This document shows positions 38,831-51,791 of a stretch of 64,000 bases of DNA, piece after piece. This DNA is from Octopus bimaculoides (Eukaryota): assembly GCF_001194135.2 (NCBI RefSeq), contig NC_068987.1, forward strand, positions 14,821,972 through 14,885,971. Reading direction: 5' to 3'. The first letter of the stretch is position 1; the number at the start of each line of letters is the position of its first letter. Position numbers and translations under genes: made by a program. Below the pieces are notes generated by a model. The model was not told the DNA's origin. It saw nothing but the letters and a program-made list of their open reading frames with translations, and did not search any database.

Positions 38831-39142
38831 GGGGAATAAAGAAATAAAGAAGTGGACTATAATGATAGAAGGGTTAAAAAGCGACTATAAAAAGGTCACG
38901 AGAATAAAACAGAATTGAAAGACAGAAAGTGAGGTAGGATAAAAGTTAAAATAACTGGAAATTCTGCGATACACAGATAATTTTGAGATTTTGAAGGACA
39001 AAGAGGAGTCGTTGTTTTTCATAGCACTATAAAGGTAACATATCTAATTTATTTCTGGTTGATCATCTAGAAATTTTTATTTTTCAAATCTATCTATCAC
39101 TCTATCTGCCTCTGTCCCTGTCTGTCTGTCTTTCTTTCTATA

Positions 39143-39185
<43 letters not shown>

Positions 39186-39626
39186 NNNNNNNNNNNNNNN
39201 NNNNNNNNNNNNNNNNNNNNNNNNNNNNNNNNNNNNNNNNNNNNNNNNNNNNNNNNNNNNNNNNNNNNNNNNNNNNNNNNNNNNNNNNNNNNNNNNNNNN
39301 NNNNNNNNNNNNNNNNNNNNNNNNNNNNNNNNNNNNNNNNNNNNNNNNNNNNNNNNNNNNNNNNNNNNNNNNNNNNNNNNNNNNNNNNNNNNNNNNNNNN
39401 NNNNNNNNNNNNNNNNNNNNNNNNNNNNNNNNNNNNNNNNNNNNNNNNNNNNNNNNNNNNNNNNNNNNNNNNNNNNNNNNNNNNNNNNNNNNNNNNNNNN
39501 NNNNNNNNNNNNNNNNNNNNNNNNNNNNNNNNNNNNNNNNNNNNNNNNNNNNNNNNNNNNNNNNNNNNNNNNNNNNNNNNNNNNNNNNNNNNNNNNNNNN
39601 NNNNNNNNNNNNNNNNNNNNNNNNNN

Positions 39627-39664
<38 letters not shown>

Positions 39665-40423
39665 CTAGATCGCGATATAGATATATACCGACTTCGACTT
39701 CTAATGGGGTCGTAGGGGCGCCATCACGATGTATTAGGCGTCGTAAGCAATTGAAACCTAGAGGAATCCATCCTCTCCATGTCTGAACACAGCAGTACCG
39801 AACGTACGCATTAAAGGGAGAAAAGAAAGAGTGAATGAGAGAGAGAGAGAAAGAAATAGAGAAAGAGAGAGAGTGAGTGAGAGAGGGAAAGAAAGAACAA
39901 GAGAGATTGGAGTAGAAGAATATTTTAATAAATGTAGATTATAGATACACATGAAATTGATGCTACATATATTAACTTATATAAACACGAAGTATTTATT
40001 GCCGAAAATGTTCAAAACATAATCAAGTAGAAACAACGCCATTGTGAAGAAAATAAAATAAGAAAGAGGTATTTCCGGATACGTGATACAAAACAGATAT
40101 TTAGATATTATCATTAATCCAGGATATATGCCTATGTTAAGATATTTTGGGAATTATCTTGTCACCAGAAAGAAATAATACTGGATTATACATACATACA
40201 TTTATAAATGCATACATAGATACATACATACAGACAGACAAGAAGACAGACAGACAGATAGACATACATGCATGCATATACAATTGCATACGTATATGCG
40301 TGAGTGTATGATTGTATTTATGTGTATATGAGCGTGTGTGCGTGTGCGTGTGTGTGGGTTGTGTGCGTGCTTAGGTGTGTGCGCTCCGCGTATGTAAGTC
40401 AGTCAATTTATCTTATCTTTATA

Positions 40424-40875
40424 GGGCGGTGAGGTGGCAGAAACGTTAGCACGCCGGGCGAAATGCTTGGCGGTATTTCGTCTGCCGCTACGTTCTGAGT
40501 TCAAATTCCGTCGAGGTCGTCTTTGCCTTTCATCCTTTCGGGGTCGATAAATTANNNNNNNNNNGTTCAAATTCCGTCGAGGTCGTCTTTGCCTTTCATC
40601 CTTTCGGGGTCGATAAATTAAGTACCAGTTACGTACTGGGGTCGATCTAATCGATTGGCCCTCTCCCCCAAAATTTCGGGCCTTATGCCTAGAGTAGAAA
40701 AAAATCTTTGCACGCCCGGCGAAATGCTTAGCGGTATATCGTCTGACGTTATGTTCTGAGTTCACATTCCGCCGAGGTCGACTTCGCCTTTCATCCTTTT
40801 GGCTTCGATAAATTCAGTACCAGTTGCTTACTGGAATTGATGTAATCGACTTAATCCCCTTGTCCATGTTTGTCC
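40424..40875 (+). mobile_element. Well-conserved SINE A copy followed head-to-tail by a second copy
   Basis: ggcggtgaggtggcagaaacgttagcacgccgggcgaaatgc... (40424-40700, interrupted by a 10-N gap) and gcacgcccggcgaaatgcttagcgg... (40700-40875). Confidence 0.93.
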
Positions 40876-41862
40876 TCTCTCTTTAGCTCCCTGTGACCAA
40901 TAAAGAAATGAATGTATCTCATCCATCTAGCTATCTATCTGTCTGTCTGCCTCTCCGTTCATCCGTCTGTCTGTCTATCTATCTATCTATCTATTTTTCT
41001 CCCCCTCTCTCTGTATCTATCTAGCTATTTATATAATATAGTATCGACGTTAGTGAGTGCGCACGCGCATGTGGTGTGTAGCGATGCTTGATTATTTGTG
41101 AATATCAACAAAATGGTTACCAGGAAGCAGGTTCTCCATACTAAAGATAAATATTGTAGAGACTCATATGTAATACAGTGAATTGAAAAATGTTTAGATA
41201 AACGTAGATCATCCAATCGTTTAGTATATAAAATCTTTCTCTTGGCGTGTTTAAAATCACAAAGCAAAAACCAAGGGAGATAACTTCAATAAGTTCAATT
41301 GATCAAAATTTTTGGACAACGCAGACAATACAGATTTGAATATATCTGATCAGTAAAGCCAACTGCTGAAAGCAACCGGCCTGTTTATTTTAGACACGAT
41401 ACTCCCGTGTTGACTCATGAAGTATGCACGTCATTACTAACTACAACGAAAGCTATAACAACATTTGTCTTTCTATAGAAATATTTCTAAAAGCATTTGT
41501 CATTGTATCTCAGTTTTGCAGCTCCACTCGCGGTGCAAACTAAACTTTAAACGCTTCCTTCACATTGCTATCATTACATAGGGGGTGGGGGAACACAAAC
41601 CAACCAGCGAACAAATCTGTATATTTTTAGTCGACAGCACACGAAAGGAATATCGTTCATTTTCCCGATAGCTTTCCTTGCACAAAGCGTTCAGCTATGT
41701 GTTTGCAATTCTGGTTAGAGTGCATGCAGATACACTACCCTCATCACCCTACACACATAACTACGTACGAAATGTGCAGGTATGTATGTGTGTGTGCGCA
41801 TGCGTGTGTATCTATATACATATATGTATACATACATACATACATATATATATATATATATG

Positions 41863-41941
<79 letters not shown>

Positions 41942-42128
41942 ATATATATTCCTCTTACGGACTCTGCTAACAGTCCACTGAAACAATTACAATATGAAGA
42001 ATACCTGCAAAACGGCCGTTACCCCAAGGATGTCAAGTAGTTAAATAAATATATTCAGCTGCCATGCCTTCTGACTTATGATATAAAATAGACGTAAATA
42101 CGTACATACTATAATACACACACACACA

Positions 42129-42161
<33 letters not shown>

Positions 42162-42728
42162 ACGCACACACACACGTACGCACACACACACATTAACTAT
42201 CATGACAGGAAACTTTGGTCGCATACTTTTGCTATCATGCTTATATCAGGAAATTTATCATACATATAATAATTGTAATTTGACTTCTATCAAATTTCCT
42301 GGTGTTTATGCAAAAACAATGAAATAAATTCTAAATTCTAAACGAAAAATATGTCTTAAAATTAAATTAATTGAAATTTCTCATTTGTCTATTTTCTCCC
42401 ATAACTAGACCGTCACTTATTCGCTCTCCTGTATCTACTACTCTTCCACGTTCGCTGTTTCTAAGATTCTTTCTCTCAGTCTGAGTGAGGTTTGTGTGTG
42501 TGGTGTTTATTAACGAGCTATATGCGGTATAATATAAAGGGACCATTTCCAGGAATCTCTGGGGGAGATGTAGTTGTTTCAAGTTAGTCGAATTAGCCAA
42601 AACCAAAACAACTTAGGCTAAGATCATGATATTAAATTGTCAACTCTTATTACCGTATACATACATACATACATATACCTACATACATACATATACCTAC
42701 ATACATACATATATTTATATCAACCTGA

Positions 42729-42787
<59 letters not shown>

Positions 42788-42929
42788 GATGCATACACAT
42801 ACGCATATACATACTATTTTATTATATTGATTTATTGAGTATGCCGTTAATCAACAGCAGAGCTCACGGTAGAATATCGATATATTTTTACCCTTGCGAA
42901 TAAAATCGCATGTCACCTGTCTGCTTCCC

Positions 42930-43095
42930 GCACCTTTCTCTATCCCAGCAACTTTCTTTTATCCCTCCCCATCTCTCTCGCAGCATCTCTCTCTCCCCCT
43001 CTCTCTTTTATCACTGCTTCTTTTTCTAAACCTCTGTCTCATTCTTTAAACTAACTAATTCTCTAAGCTTCTCTCTCATTCTCCCTCTCTCTCTC

Positions 43096-43175
<80 letters not shown>

Positions 43176-43460
43176 AATCGCTAAACATCTCCCCGCACTA
43201 TTTTACCATCTATCGAATTCTCTAAGCTTCTCTCTGTTTCTTCTTATCTCTCTCTCCCTATTTTACTATCGGTCTCATTCTCTAACCTGCTCTCTCTCTG
43301 CCTGCCTGTCTGTATGTCTGACTGATTCTATCTCTCTTTCTCTGTGTCTGCCTATCTGTCTGTCTGTCTATCTGTCTATCTGTCTATCTCTCTCTATCTC
43401 TCTCTTTATCTCTCTCTCCACATACACTATACTATCTCTTTTTACTGAACACAGCTTGTC
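42930..43460 (+). repeat. Pyrimidine-rich (CT)n/(TGTC)n tract
   Basis: Seen directly. Confidence 0.9.
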
Positions 43461-44429
43461 TTTAATATCAACTAAAATAATCTACGTCCATTTGTCTTTC
43501 GTTTTTGTTTCTTTCTGTGTTTTATTCATTTCAAAGTCTGTCTCTGTATCTATTACTCATTTAACTCTGCCTCATCCTTTCGTTTTTCATTTTTTCCCCT
43601 TAATTTGTCCTTTTTTAAATCTTTTATTTCATAGTTCTTTTAAGTCATTAGACTGCAGCCATTCTGGGCACTACCTTGAAGGTTTTAGCTGAACGAAACA
43701 TCCCCGTAATTACTTTTTATGTCTGGTATTTATTTTGTAGACAGGAACTNNNNNNNNNNNNNNNNNNNNNNNNNNNNNNNNNNNNNNNNNNNNNNNNNNN
43801 NNNNNNNNNNNNNNNNNNNNNNNNNNNNNNNNNNNNNNNNNNNNNNNNNNNNNNNNNNNNNNNNNNNNNNNNNNNNNNNNNNNNNNNNNNNNNNNNNNNT
43901 ATATATATATATATATATATATATGCAGAGCTATCACTGCAAGTTACGATGTTTGTTATAGGAATAAGTGTCTGCAATATTTACGTACTAATTGCCAGGA
44001 ATGTGTTCAATATATAAATTGGTCTATCCAATAATGTTACGCCACTACACTTGGTTCATATTTAACCAATACGCTTGTGGATAGCTGATGAGTTGGATGT
44101 AGTGCTGATGAGAAAGTAATAATTCTGGAAATATGCATATACATGCATTACCTGTTTTTTTCTATCTTCCATTGTATAGTTTGCACAGACGTATTTAGTT
44201 ACGAAACGTTGCAACTTGTAATACTGGCTCTGGATTTCATAGAAAATCTATAGGGATTAAATTAAAAATGAGAACATCGCACTGCTACCACAAAGAGAAC
44301 ACATGCTATTGACTTATAAAAGCTTTAATATACTTCGCAGTCCATTATGGTTGCAAAATGAAAAAAACTCTATCCTTGCGAGCAATTAATAATATATATA
44401 CATGTATAAATGCGTGTCATTGTTTCTGG

Positions 44430-44625
44430 GTTTAGCCTTCCAATGCGTGACACCCGGTGTTGGTTTGGTTACGTCCCTTTAACGAAATTGACAGTTCGGT
44501 AAAAGAGACCGATAGAATAAACACCGAACTTTAAGATAAACGTACTGGTGTCAATTTCTCTGACTATAATTCTTAAAGACATTGCCCAAACATGGCTGCT
44601 GTCTAACGACAAATAAAATGAGGTG
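44430..44625 (+). mobile_element. SINE B 3' half
   Basis: cgtgacacccggtgttggtttggttacgtccc...ttcggtaaaagagaccgatagaataa...caaacatggctgctgtc. Confidence 0.8.
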
Positions 44626-45709
44626 AAAGATATATTTTTGCATTCCTTTTTTCTTTTTCCTTTCGTCTTTCTTTCCAGAAATCGGCCTTAGTTCTTCCTT
44701 TCCTCTATCTCTGTCTCTCCCCCCTCTCTCTCTCTCTCGTTCATTCCCATCGACTTCTCTATCATTAGTTTTCTTTTCCTCTCCACGATTCAATTTTTAA
44801 CTCCCTCGTGCTCCTTTCACCTCCTCGAATTTTACTCTTCCCGTCATGACTTTTCACTCTTTCTATTTCTCTCTTCCCTACTCTCGCTCGCCCTTACTAC
44901 TGCCCCACCATCCGGCCATACTCTATTTTCTATATATTTCTACCACGTCGCTCTCTCTAATTTTCTCAGTTACTTACTCTAACCCCCTTTTCTGATTCCT
45001 CTTCCTCCTCCTCCTCCCCATCCCATTCTATACTCTCCTCTCCCTTTCCCCCTATTCGCAACACCTTTCCTCTCTTCATTTTCCCCTCTGCTTAGGGCTA
45101 TCTATCTATCTTATGTTTCATCCTATTCAGTGATTTCCCCCACCCATTTCTCTCTCACGCTGCTTCTCTCAAAGTATCCCTCCNNNNNNNNNNNNNNNNN
45201 NNNNNNNNNNNNNNNNNNNNNNNNNNNNNNNNNNNNNNNNNNNNNNNNNNNNNNNNNNNNNNNNNNNNNNNNNNNNNNNNNNNNNNNNNNNNNNNNNNNN
45301 NNNNNNNNNNNNNNNNNNNNNNNNNNNNNNNNNNNNNNNNNNNNNNNNNNNNNNNNNNNNNNNNNNNNNNNNNNNNNNNNNNNNNNNNNNNNNNNNNNNN
45401 NNNNNNNNNNNNNNNNNNNNNNNNNNNNNNNNNNNNNNNNNNNNNNNNNNNNNNNNNNNNNNNNNNNNNNNNNNNNNNNNNNNNNNNNNNNNNNNNNNNN
45501 NNNNNNNNNNNNNNNNNNNNNNNNNNNNNNNNNNNNNNNNNNNNNNNNNNNNNNNNNNNNNNNNNNNNNNNNNNNNNNNNNNNNNNNNNNNNNNNNNNNN
45601 NNNNNNNNNNNNNNNNNNNNNNNNNNNNNNNNNNNNNNNNNNNNNNNNNNNNNNNNNNNNNNNNNNNNNNNNNNNNNNNNNNNNNNNNNNNNNNNNNNNN
45701 NNNNNNNNN

Positions 45710-45740
<31 letters not shown>

Positions 45741-47148
45741 TGTAATATATATATATATATAATACATATGTGTGTGTAAATATATCGTCATCAATCAGCA
45801 TACACTATATCACAGTTATAAAGAACTACTTAATGTAAGCAGACAATAGACTTTATAATGTTCTATTCAACATATATTTACTATTATTTGTCATGGTGGC
45901 AACATAACAGATTACAATAAGAGCCACTATACAATGGTGATATTGCATCTTTGATGTGGCAAGGAGAGAAATAGAATAGTGAATATCTATATTGGGTGAT
46001 GAAGAAACGGTCGGAAACCGATAGAGTATCAGACATGTAAAGAAACCAACAAGATAACATGTTTATGAAGTCATGCAAGATGGCACTTGAAGGATACAGC
46101 TCGGTTATTACTTATCCAGTAATTTAGTTGCTATATCACACATATGTACAATATACTTACATACATACATTCATATCAATCTATCTGCTTGTCTCTGTCT
46201 CTGTCTCTCTCTCTCTTTCTCTCTATCTATTTACACTTACCCCCCGACACACGCACATACGCACTCGCACACACACATATATGTAGTGATAGAGTAGTGC
46301 GATCCAAAAGGTCTTGGTAAAAGTAGTGCACATCAAGCATGTACACGGCTTCTTTAGATGACATAAAGCGGATGATACTCGATCAACACAGTTTATTAAT
46401 TGACGTACGTATGTTGTATGTTATACACTTCGTCTCATATCGAATTAGATGGAAATTTTAATAAGATGGCCGCCAATATACAACTCAGCCTTTAGCAACG
46501 AAGATTGTTAATCATGCAGCTATAACTTAAATGGTGTAAGGTATGGAGGAGGTAAATACTAGACTACATCTATTTCGAAAGCAACCAATGTTACAGCTTT
46601 GAGTTACGTAAGAAATGTTCAGCTTAGCTTAAAATTATAGAAATGTATGTATGTATGTATGTATGTATGTATGTATGTATGTATGTATGCATGTGTATGT
46701 GTGAGTGTATGTGTGTGTATGTATGTGTATATGTGTTTGTGTGTGTGTGTGTGTATGTGTGTGTGTGTGTGTGTGTGTGTAAAATCTTTATTAAAATCAT
46801 TTGCGACAGGTGTGAAGCTTTTCGCAGTTATAAACTTGTCAAACGCCTCATTTTTGTCATGTGTCCCAAATCATTTTAATGAATACTAATCATTCTCGAA
46901 CTCTGTTTACATACATGCATACATAAATATATATATATATATNNNNNNNNNNNNNNNNNNNNNNNNNNNNNNNNNNNNNNNNNNNNNNNNNNNNNNNNNN
47001 NNNNNNNNNNNNNNNNNNNNNNNNNNNNNNNNNNNNNATATATATGCATGTATGTATGTATATATGTATGTATGTATGCGTGTATGTATGTATGTATATA
47101 TATGCATGTATGTATGTATGTATGTATGTATGTATGTATGCATGTATG

Positions 47149-47202
<54 letters not shown>

Positions 47203-47239
47203 CATGTATGTATTCCTTTTCACTTTAATACAATAGGGT

Positions 47240-47600
47240 GGTTTACGTCTTGTAGCTATCACAGTCTTGTGTTGCAGCAGAATACTCGTCGACTTTTCGC
47301 TGTCTATCTCGTCGTGAATCATACGTGTTGGTGGTTTTAGGGACTAAGTAATTTCAATAACGACTGCTTCAAACTCCGTATTCGAAGGCATATGAAAAAG
47401 CCTTCCAGTTTTGTGAAAATCATACTTATGTCACCCCACGCTTCACGCTTTTTCTAGATAAACCTGTCGGGCAAGGAGGTATTCGCTTTTGCAACATACT
47501 GCTTCCACGCTACCTCCTTTATCTGGAATTGACAGATGTCCGATATTTCCTTTTGACTTGAAAAGCTAGTGAGGAATTGATTGCATTTGCTCGTAGTGCA
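47240..47600 (-). pseudogene. Possible Penelope-like RT N-terminal relic (DKG motif)
   Basis: Minus-strand translation LFKSKGNIGHLSIPDKGGSVEAVCCKSEYLLARQVYLEK (DKGG at 47512-47523) resembles the PLE consensus I.IKPADKG..VV.MD..DY....RQL; several stops. Confidence 0.4.
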
Positions 47601-48007
47601 TTTGTTAATATCAGATAAATCTGCATTTTCGTTGGTCAGTATTGATCACTTTGTCAGTTTGTTTAATTAGCTTTTTCATTTCGTTTCTCTTACGTGTATT
47701 TATCTTACCGTTTCATTTCTATTACGCCTATTTACCTTTCCGTTTCGTTCCTCTTTTATTTCTTCTTTTCGTTCCTCCTTAATTTTCGTTTCATTTCTTT
47801 TTTCTGTCTATTTTATTCTTTCCGATCGTCTTTCATTTATTTATTTTCTTGTTTCATGCTTCCAAAACATGTATAAAGAATACTAGCCTCTACTATATTT
47901 GTGGCGATCTCCTCTTCAGACTAATCCATGTTGAACCATTGATAAACCAAAAGCCAACATTGCTTTATATAACAGTATGATTCTTTATTTCTATTTCATG
48001 TGACGGC

Positions 48008-48741
48008 AGTGCTGATATCAGAATAGAGATCGGACTGAAAATGTATGGTGTGTTAGTCTTGAAGAGAGGCAAAATCAAATGTATGAACGGGTTAGCGATA
48101 CCGTCGGCGGGGTGGGGGTTATGAAGCAGATAGAAGAGACGGGCTATAAGTACTGGGGGATGTTTGAAATGGAGAAATTCATGGAGAAAGAAATGACAAA
48201 AATTTAAGGTGGAGTACTGTGGAGTACTTGCATAAACTGAGACTGATACTCAAGTCGAAATTGAACGGACGGAATAAGATCGAAGATATCAACACCTGGG
48301 CGGTTTCACTCCTTAGATATGGAGCAGGAGTAATCGCATGGTCAGTAGACAAACTAAACAGCTTAGACAGAAAGACAAGAAAGGTGCTGACTAGACATGA
48401 GATACTCCACCCAAAAAGTGACACAGACAGACTGTATATACCAGGAAAAGAGGAGGAAGAGGAGGAAGAGGAGTATGCGAACACAGCGTTCGAGCAGAAG
48501 CGAACAACATGGCATGGTACGTAAAAAATGTCACAGAACCGCAATTATTGGAACTTCAAAACTTCTTAAGGCAACTGGAAATCCCATTCAAGATTGATGT
48601 CTTGTAAAAAGCAACCTTTTTGGGCACAGCGCACATCTTAAGGAAAGTATTGTCTGTCCGAGATCCTTGTTGTGACTTGACAAATGACTAAAGACTCCGG
48701 TGCATTTCTACCTAAACGGTGTTACGAAGGAATAATAATAA
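48008..48741 (+). pseudogene. R4/Dong-like RLE LINE: post-RT/thumb region joined to the extreme ORF C-terminus and 3' UTR
   Basis: SADIRIEIGLKMYGVLVLKRGKI...GYKY...LRLILKSKLNGRNKIEDINTWAVSLLRYGAGVIAWSVDKLNSLDRKTRKVLTRHEILHPKSDTDRLYIP...WYVKN...LRQLEIPFKIDVL*KATFLGTAHILRKVL; these are typical R4/Dong motifs. Confidence 0.9.
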
Positions 48742-48950
48742 TCCTTTCTGCTGGAGGCACAAGGCCTAAAATTTGTGGGGAGGGGACTACTTGATTACAT
48801 CGACCACAGTGTTTTACTGGTACTTAAGTTATCGACCCCGAAAGGATGAACTACAAAGTCGACCTCGGTGGAATTTGAACTCAGAACGTAGCGAGATACC
48901 GTTTAGCATTTCGTTCACCGTGCTAACGATTCCGCCAGCTCACCGCCTTA
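48735..48950 (-). mobile_element. SINE A copy lying in an (AAT)/(GAT) tract
   Basis: aataataataatcctttc...ggcacaaggcc...atcgaccccgaaaggatgaa...gtcgacctcggtggaatttgaactcagaacg...gccagctcaccgcctt aatgataatgat. Confidence 0.93.
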
Positions 48951-49299
48951 ATGATAATGATAATGATAATGATAATCATAACAGCAGCAAAAATAATAAT
49001 TGCAATAATACTAACAACAACAATAGTAATCATAATCCTAATTTGAAAACTATGGGCAGTAAAGTGAAGCTGACGAATACGGGTGCATTGTTAGCAACTG
49101 TGATTATTTGTGATGCTGTGATGGGGATTATGTGTGCAACAATTGTTGTTATTGTAATGAACTGACTTCACATCATTGATATGATGCGTCAATATATCGT
49201 CATTGAAAGGGTTAATGTTGTCTAGCTATCAATCAATCAGATAAAAGAACTGTATGAATTTTCATTGATCTGAACGAGGCTGCTAATGTTTATTTAATG

Positions 49300-49668
49300 G
49301 GTAGAGCATAATGACGATGATGATGATAATTATGAAGACGACGATGATGATTGGTGGTGGTGGTGGTGGTGGTGGTGGTGGTGGTGGTGGTGGTGGTGGT
49401 GGTGGTGCTGGCGCTTGTGGTGTTTGTGATGTTGGCGATGGTGATTGTGGTGTGGGGGTGTGGTGATGAAGGTGGTGGCGATAATGAGGATGATGGCTGC
49501 GGCGGTCGTGATGGTGGTGGCCGTGATGAAGATGATATGATGATAACGATGATGATGATGACGATAAGGATGACGACGATGATGATGGTGATGATGATGA
49601 TGATGATGAAAGTGATGATAATGAGAATGTGAAGGATAATGACAGTCAAGATGATAATGACGAGGATA

Positions 49669-49710
<42 letters not shown>

Positions 49711-49793
49711 TTGGTGATGATGATGATGATGATGACAATGATAATGATGATAAGGTTGACGATGACAATCATAACGACGGTGTTAATGATGCT

Positions 49794-49824
<31 letters not shown>

Positions 49825-49900
49825 ATGATGATGGCATTGATGGTTGTTCGAAAATCAAAGATGGTGACGATTAGGCTGACTCTGATCAGTGTGGTGGTTG
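49300..49900 (+). repeat. Compound (GAT)n/(GGT)n/(GCT)n triplet tract
   Basis: Seen directly; source of the spurious poly-D, poly-M and poly-V ORFs. Confidence 0.93.
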
Positions 49901-50069
49901 TATAGAATTGCATGTGTGTCTTGAATGTCTATCGGTTCGTGTGATGTTGCATCCCCGAAGATGAAAATCTGGCGATTTTCCCAATTTCCAAACTCTACGA
50001 TTTAAAAGTGTTTTGTCAGATACTACTTGTTATTGCAGTGTTGTTAGCTTTAGCTTTAACATTATTTGG

Positions 50070-50150
50070 TGACGGCTCATGGTCTAGTAGATAAGGTGTA
50101 GTACTTACTATCACAAGATCGTGAGTTCAACACCCTAATCACTAGGTCAT
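50070..50150 (+). mobile_element. Degenerate tRNA-derived SINE head
   Basis: ggctcatggtctagtagataagg...gatcgtgagttcaacacc (A/B-box-like). Confidence 0.55.
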
Positions 50151-50638
50151 ATGCCCTCACACACATACACATTTATGTATGTATGTATGTATGTATGTAT
50201 GTCTATGTAATTGAGTCAAACCAAGTAACGATATTTGATACGTAGGTTTCAGATAACTGTGCAATTTACAAACAGGGTTTTCATTCTTGCGCAAAAATCT
50301 TCTTCGGTTAAAACATGTCAAAAAATGTACAGATTGGGGGAAGTTGCCCTTTATATATGGTCAGGATCATTTAAATCTCTTGCTAGATAAGAAGAGGACG
50401 TGGCCAGGAGGGGTAGAATATCTATGGAGGGGAAAAAGAAAAGAAAGGAAGGGAAGAAGTGAGAGGAAAAAGAGGCAAATGAAAGAAAGGTATTGGTAGA
50501 GTAGGTTTGATGGCAGAGGAAAGTTGAGAGAGATGGGATCCTCGCAGAAGGAAGAGAAGAGAAAAGGGTCAATTAAATAAACGAATAAATAAGTAAATAA
50601 CTGTACCAATGAATACATACTAAAAGCAAAGAATGGTG

Positions 50639-50639
<1 letters not shown>

Positions 50640-50674
<35 letters not shown>

Positions 50675-50983
50675 TAATAATAATAATAATAACAACAACA
50701 ACAACAACAACAATAATAATAATAATAATAATAACAATAATAATAATAATAATAATAACAATAGCAATAATATATTATTTACATTTTACGGATATTTGTC
50801 CCCATCTTGTTTGTTGCTAACACAACGTTTCGGTTGATATACCCTCCAGCCTTCATTAGGTGCCTTGAGGAAATTTTGAACCTGCTGGTTTCTCATTCCT
50901 ATGGTATTTTTCTATGTTGGTGTTATTATTATTATTATTGTTATTATTATTATTATTATTATTAGGCGATTCCAGACAGTGGA

Positions 50984-51067
<84 letters not shown>

Positions 51068-51080
51068 TAATAATAATAAT
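50640..51080. repeat. (AAT)n/(AAC)n and (ATT)n tracts flanking a short element
   Basis: AAT/AAC 50640-50770, ATT 50922-50963, AAT 50986-51080. Confidence 0.93.
50772..50925 (-). mobile_element. Probable Penelope-like terminal-repeat fragment with a hammerhead-like motif
   Basis: Reverse strand ggcac-CTAATGA-a-ggctg-gagggtatat-caacc-GAAA-cgtt-gtgtt (50864-50819); architecture of PLE-associated minimal hammerheads. Confidence 0.6.
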
Positions 51081-51577
51081 ATATTCGGACTGAACCCGAA
51101 TATTTGTGGTTACAAATAGAGTTTATTATCCACACAGGCATGTTTGTGATTTGTTTATGGAATTTTCTCAGTCTTTTGCTCTTTTTTATGGACTCAATAA
51201 ATTTTCGATAATATTTTCAGTTTTATTAAAAAAAGTTTTTTTTTAAATAATTTTAAAGGAAATATTTTCGGAAAGGTACTAAAACATAAATATCTGGACT
51301 ATGAAAGGTAAAACGTTACTTAGTACATTGCAAAAATATTAGAAATGATGAATGAAAATAACTGTAAATATATCAAATTAACAACGCATATAAAATTCCC
51401 AACGGGTATAAAATAAACGAAGGTATGATAGTAAAATTCAAATATCGGTGCCATAAAGACTTCAGAATATATATTATAGAGGATAGTGTTGAGAAAATGA
51501 AGAATTGACTGTTTGGTTGTATAATAAGCAATATTATAAACATTTAGTATTTATACATTCTTATTGCAGTGCTCAGT

Positions 51578-51725
51578 GTAAAGGGTAAAGAGCCTATTCG
51601 GTCATGTCTGACCATAGAATTGCCCTCAGAAAGTCCGAGGCATAAATCTGGGTAAGGTTGTTTATGAAAGACCAACAGTCGCTTATGCATGCCAATTTCT
51701 CCTATCCACGCCACTGGTATTGTCC
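51578..51725 (-). mobile_element. SINE C 3' portion, degenerate
   Basis: aaagggtaaagagcctattcggtcatgtctgaccatagaattgcc...ggtaaggttgtttatgaaagacc. Confidence 0.8.
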
Positions 51726-51754
51726 AATATATATATATATAAAGATAAGCATAT

Positions 51755-51790
51755 AAAAAGGGGTCCGTGGGAAAAGATTGGGAACCACTG
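51755..51790. mobile_element. hAT-like MITE terminus (single end)
   Basis: ggggtccgtgggaaaagattgggaaccactg; the reverse complement CAGTGGTTCCCAA is a typical hAT/Charlie-type TIR. No partner end or TSD found. Confidence 0.5.
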
Positions 51791-51791
51791 A

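Noticed and set aside
40497-40620. Exact 56-bp duplication inside SINE A
   Set aside because: The copies flank a 10-N placeholder gap, typical of overlapping contig ends; assembly artefact.
45930-46070. NIYIG peptide suggestive of a GIY-YIG endonuclease
   Set aside because: Flanked by stops, and the upstream GIY-like and downstream R..EH motifs are not convincing.
46465-46476. YY1-like motif aagatggccgcc
   Set aside because: Single short motif, common in transposon debris, with no other promoter evidence.
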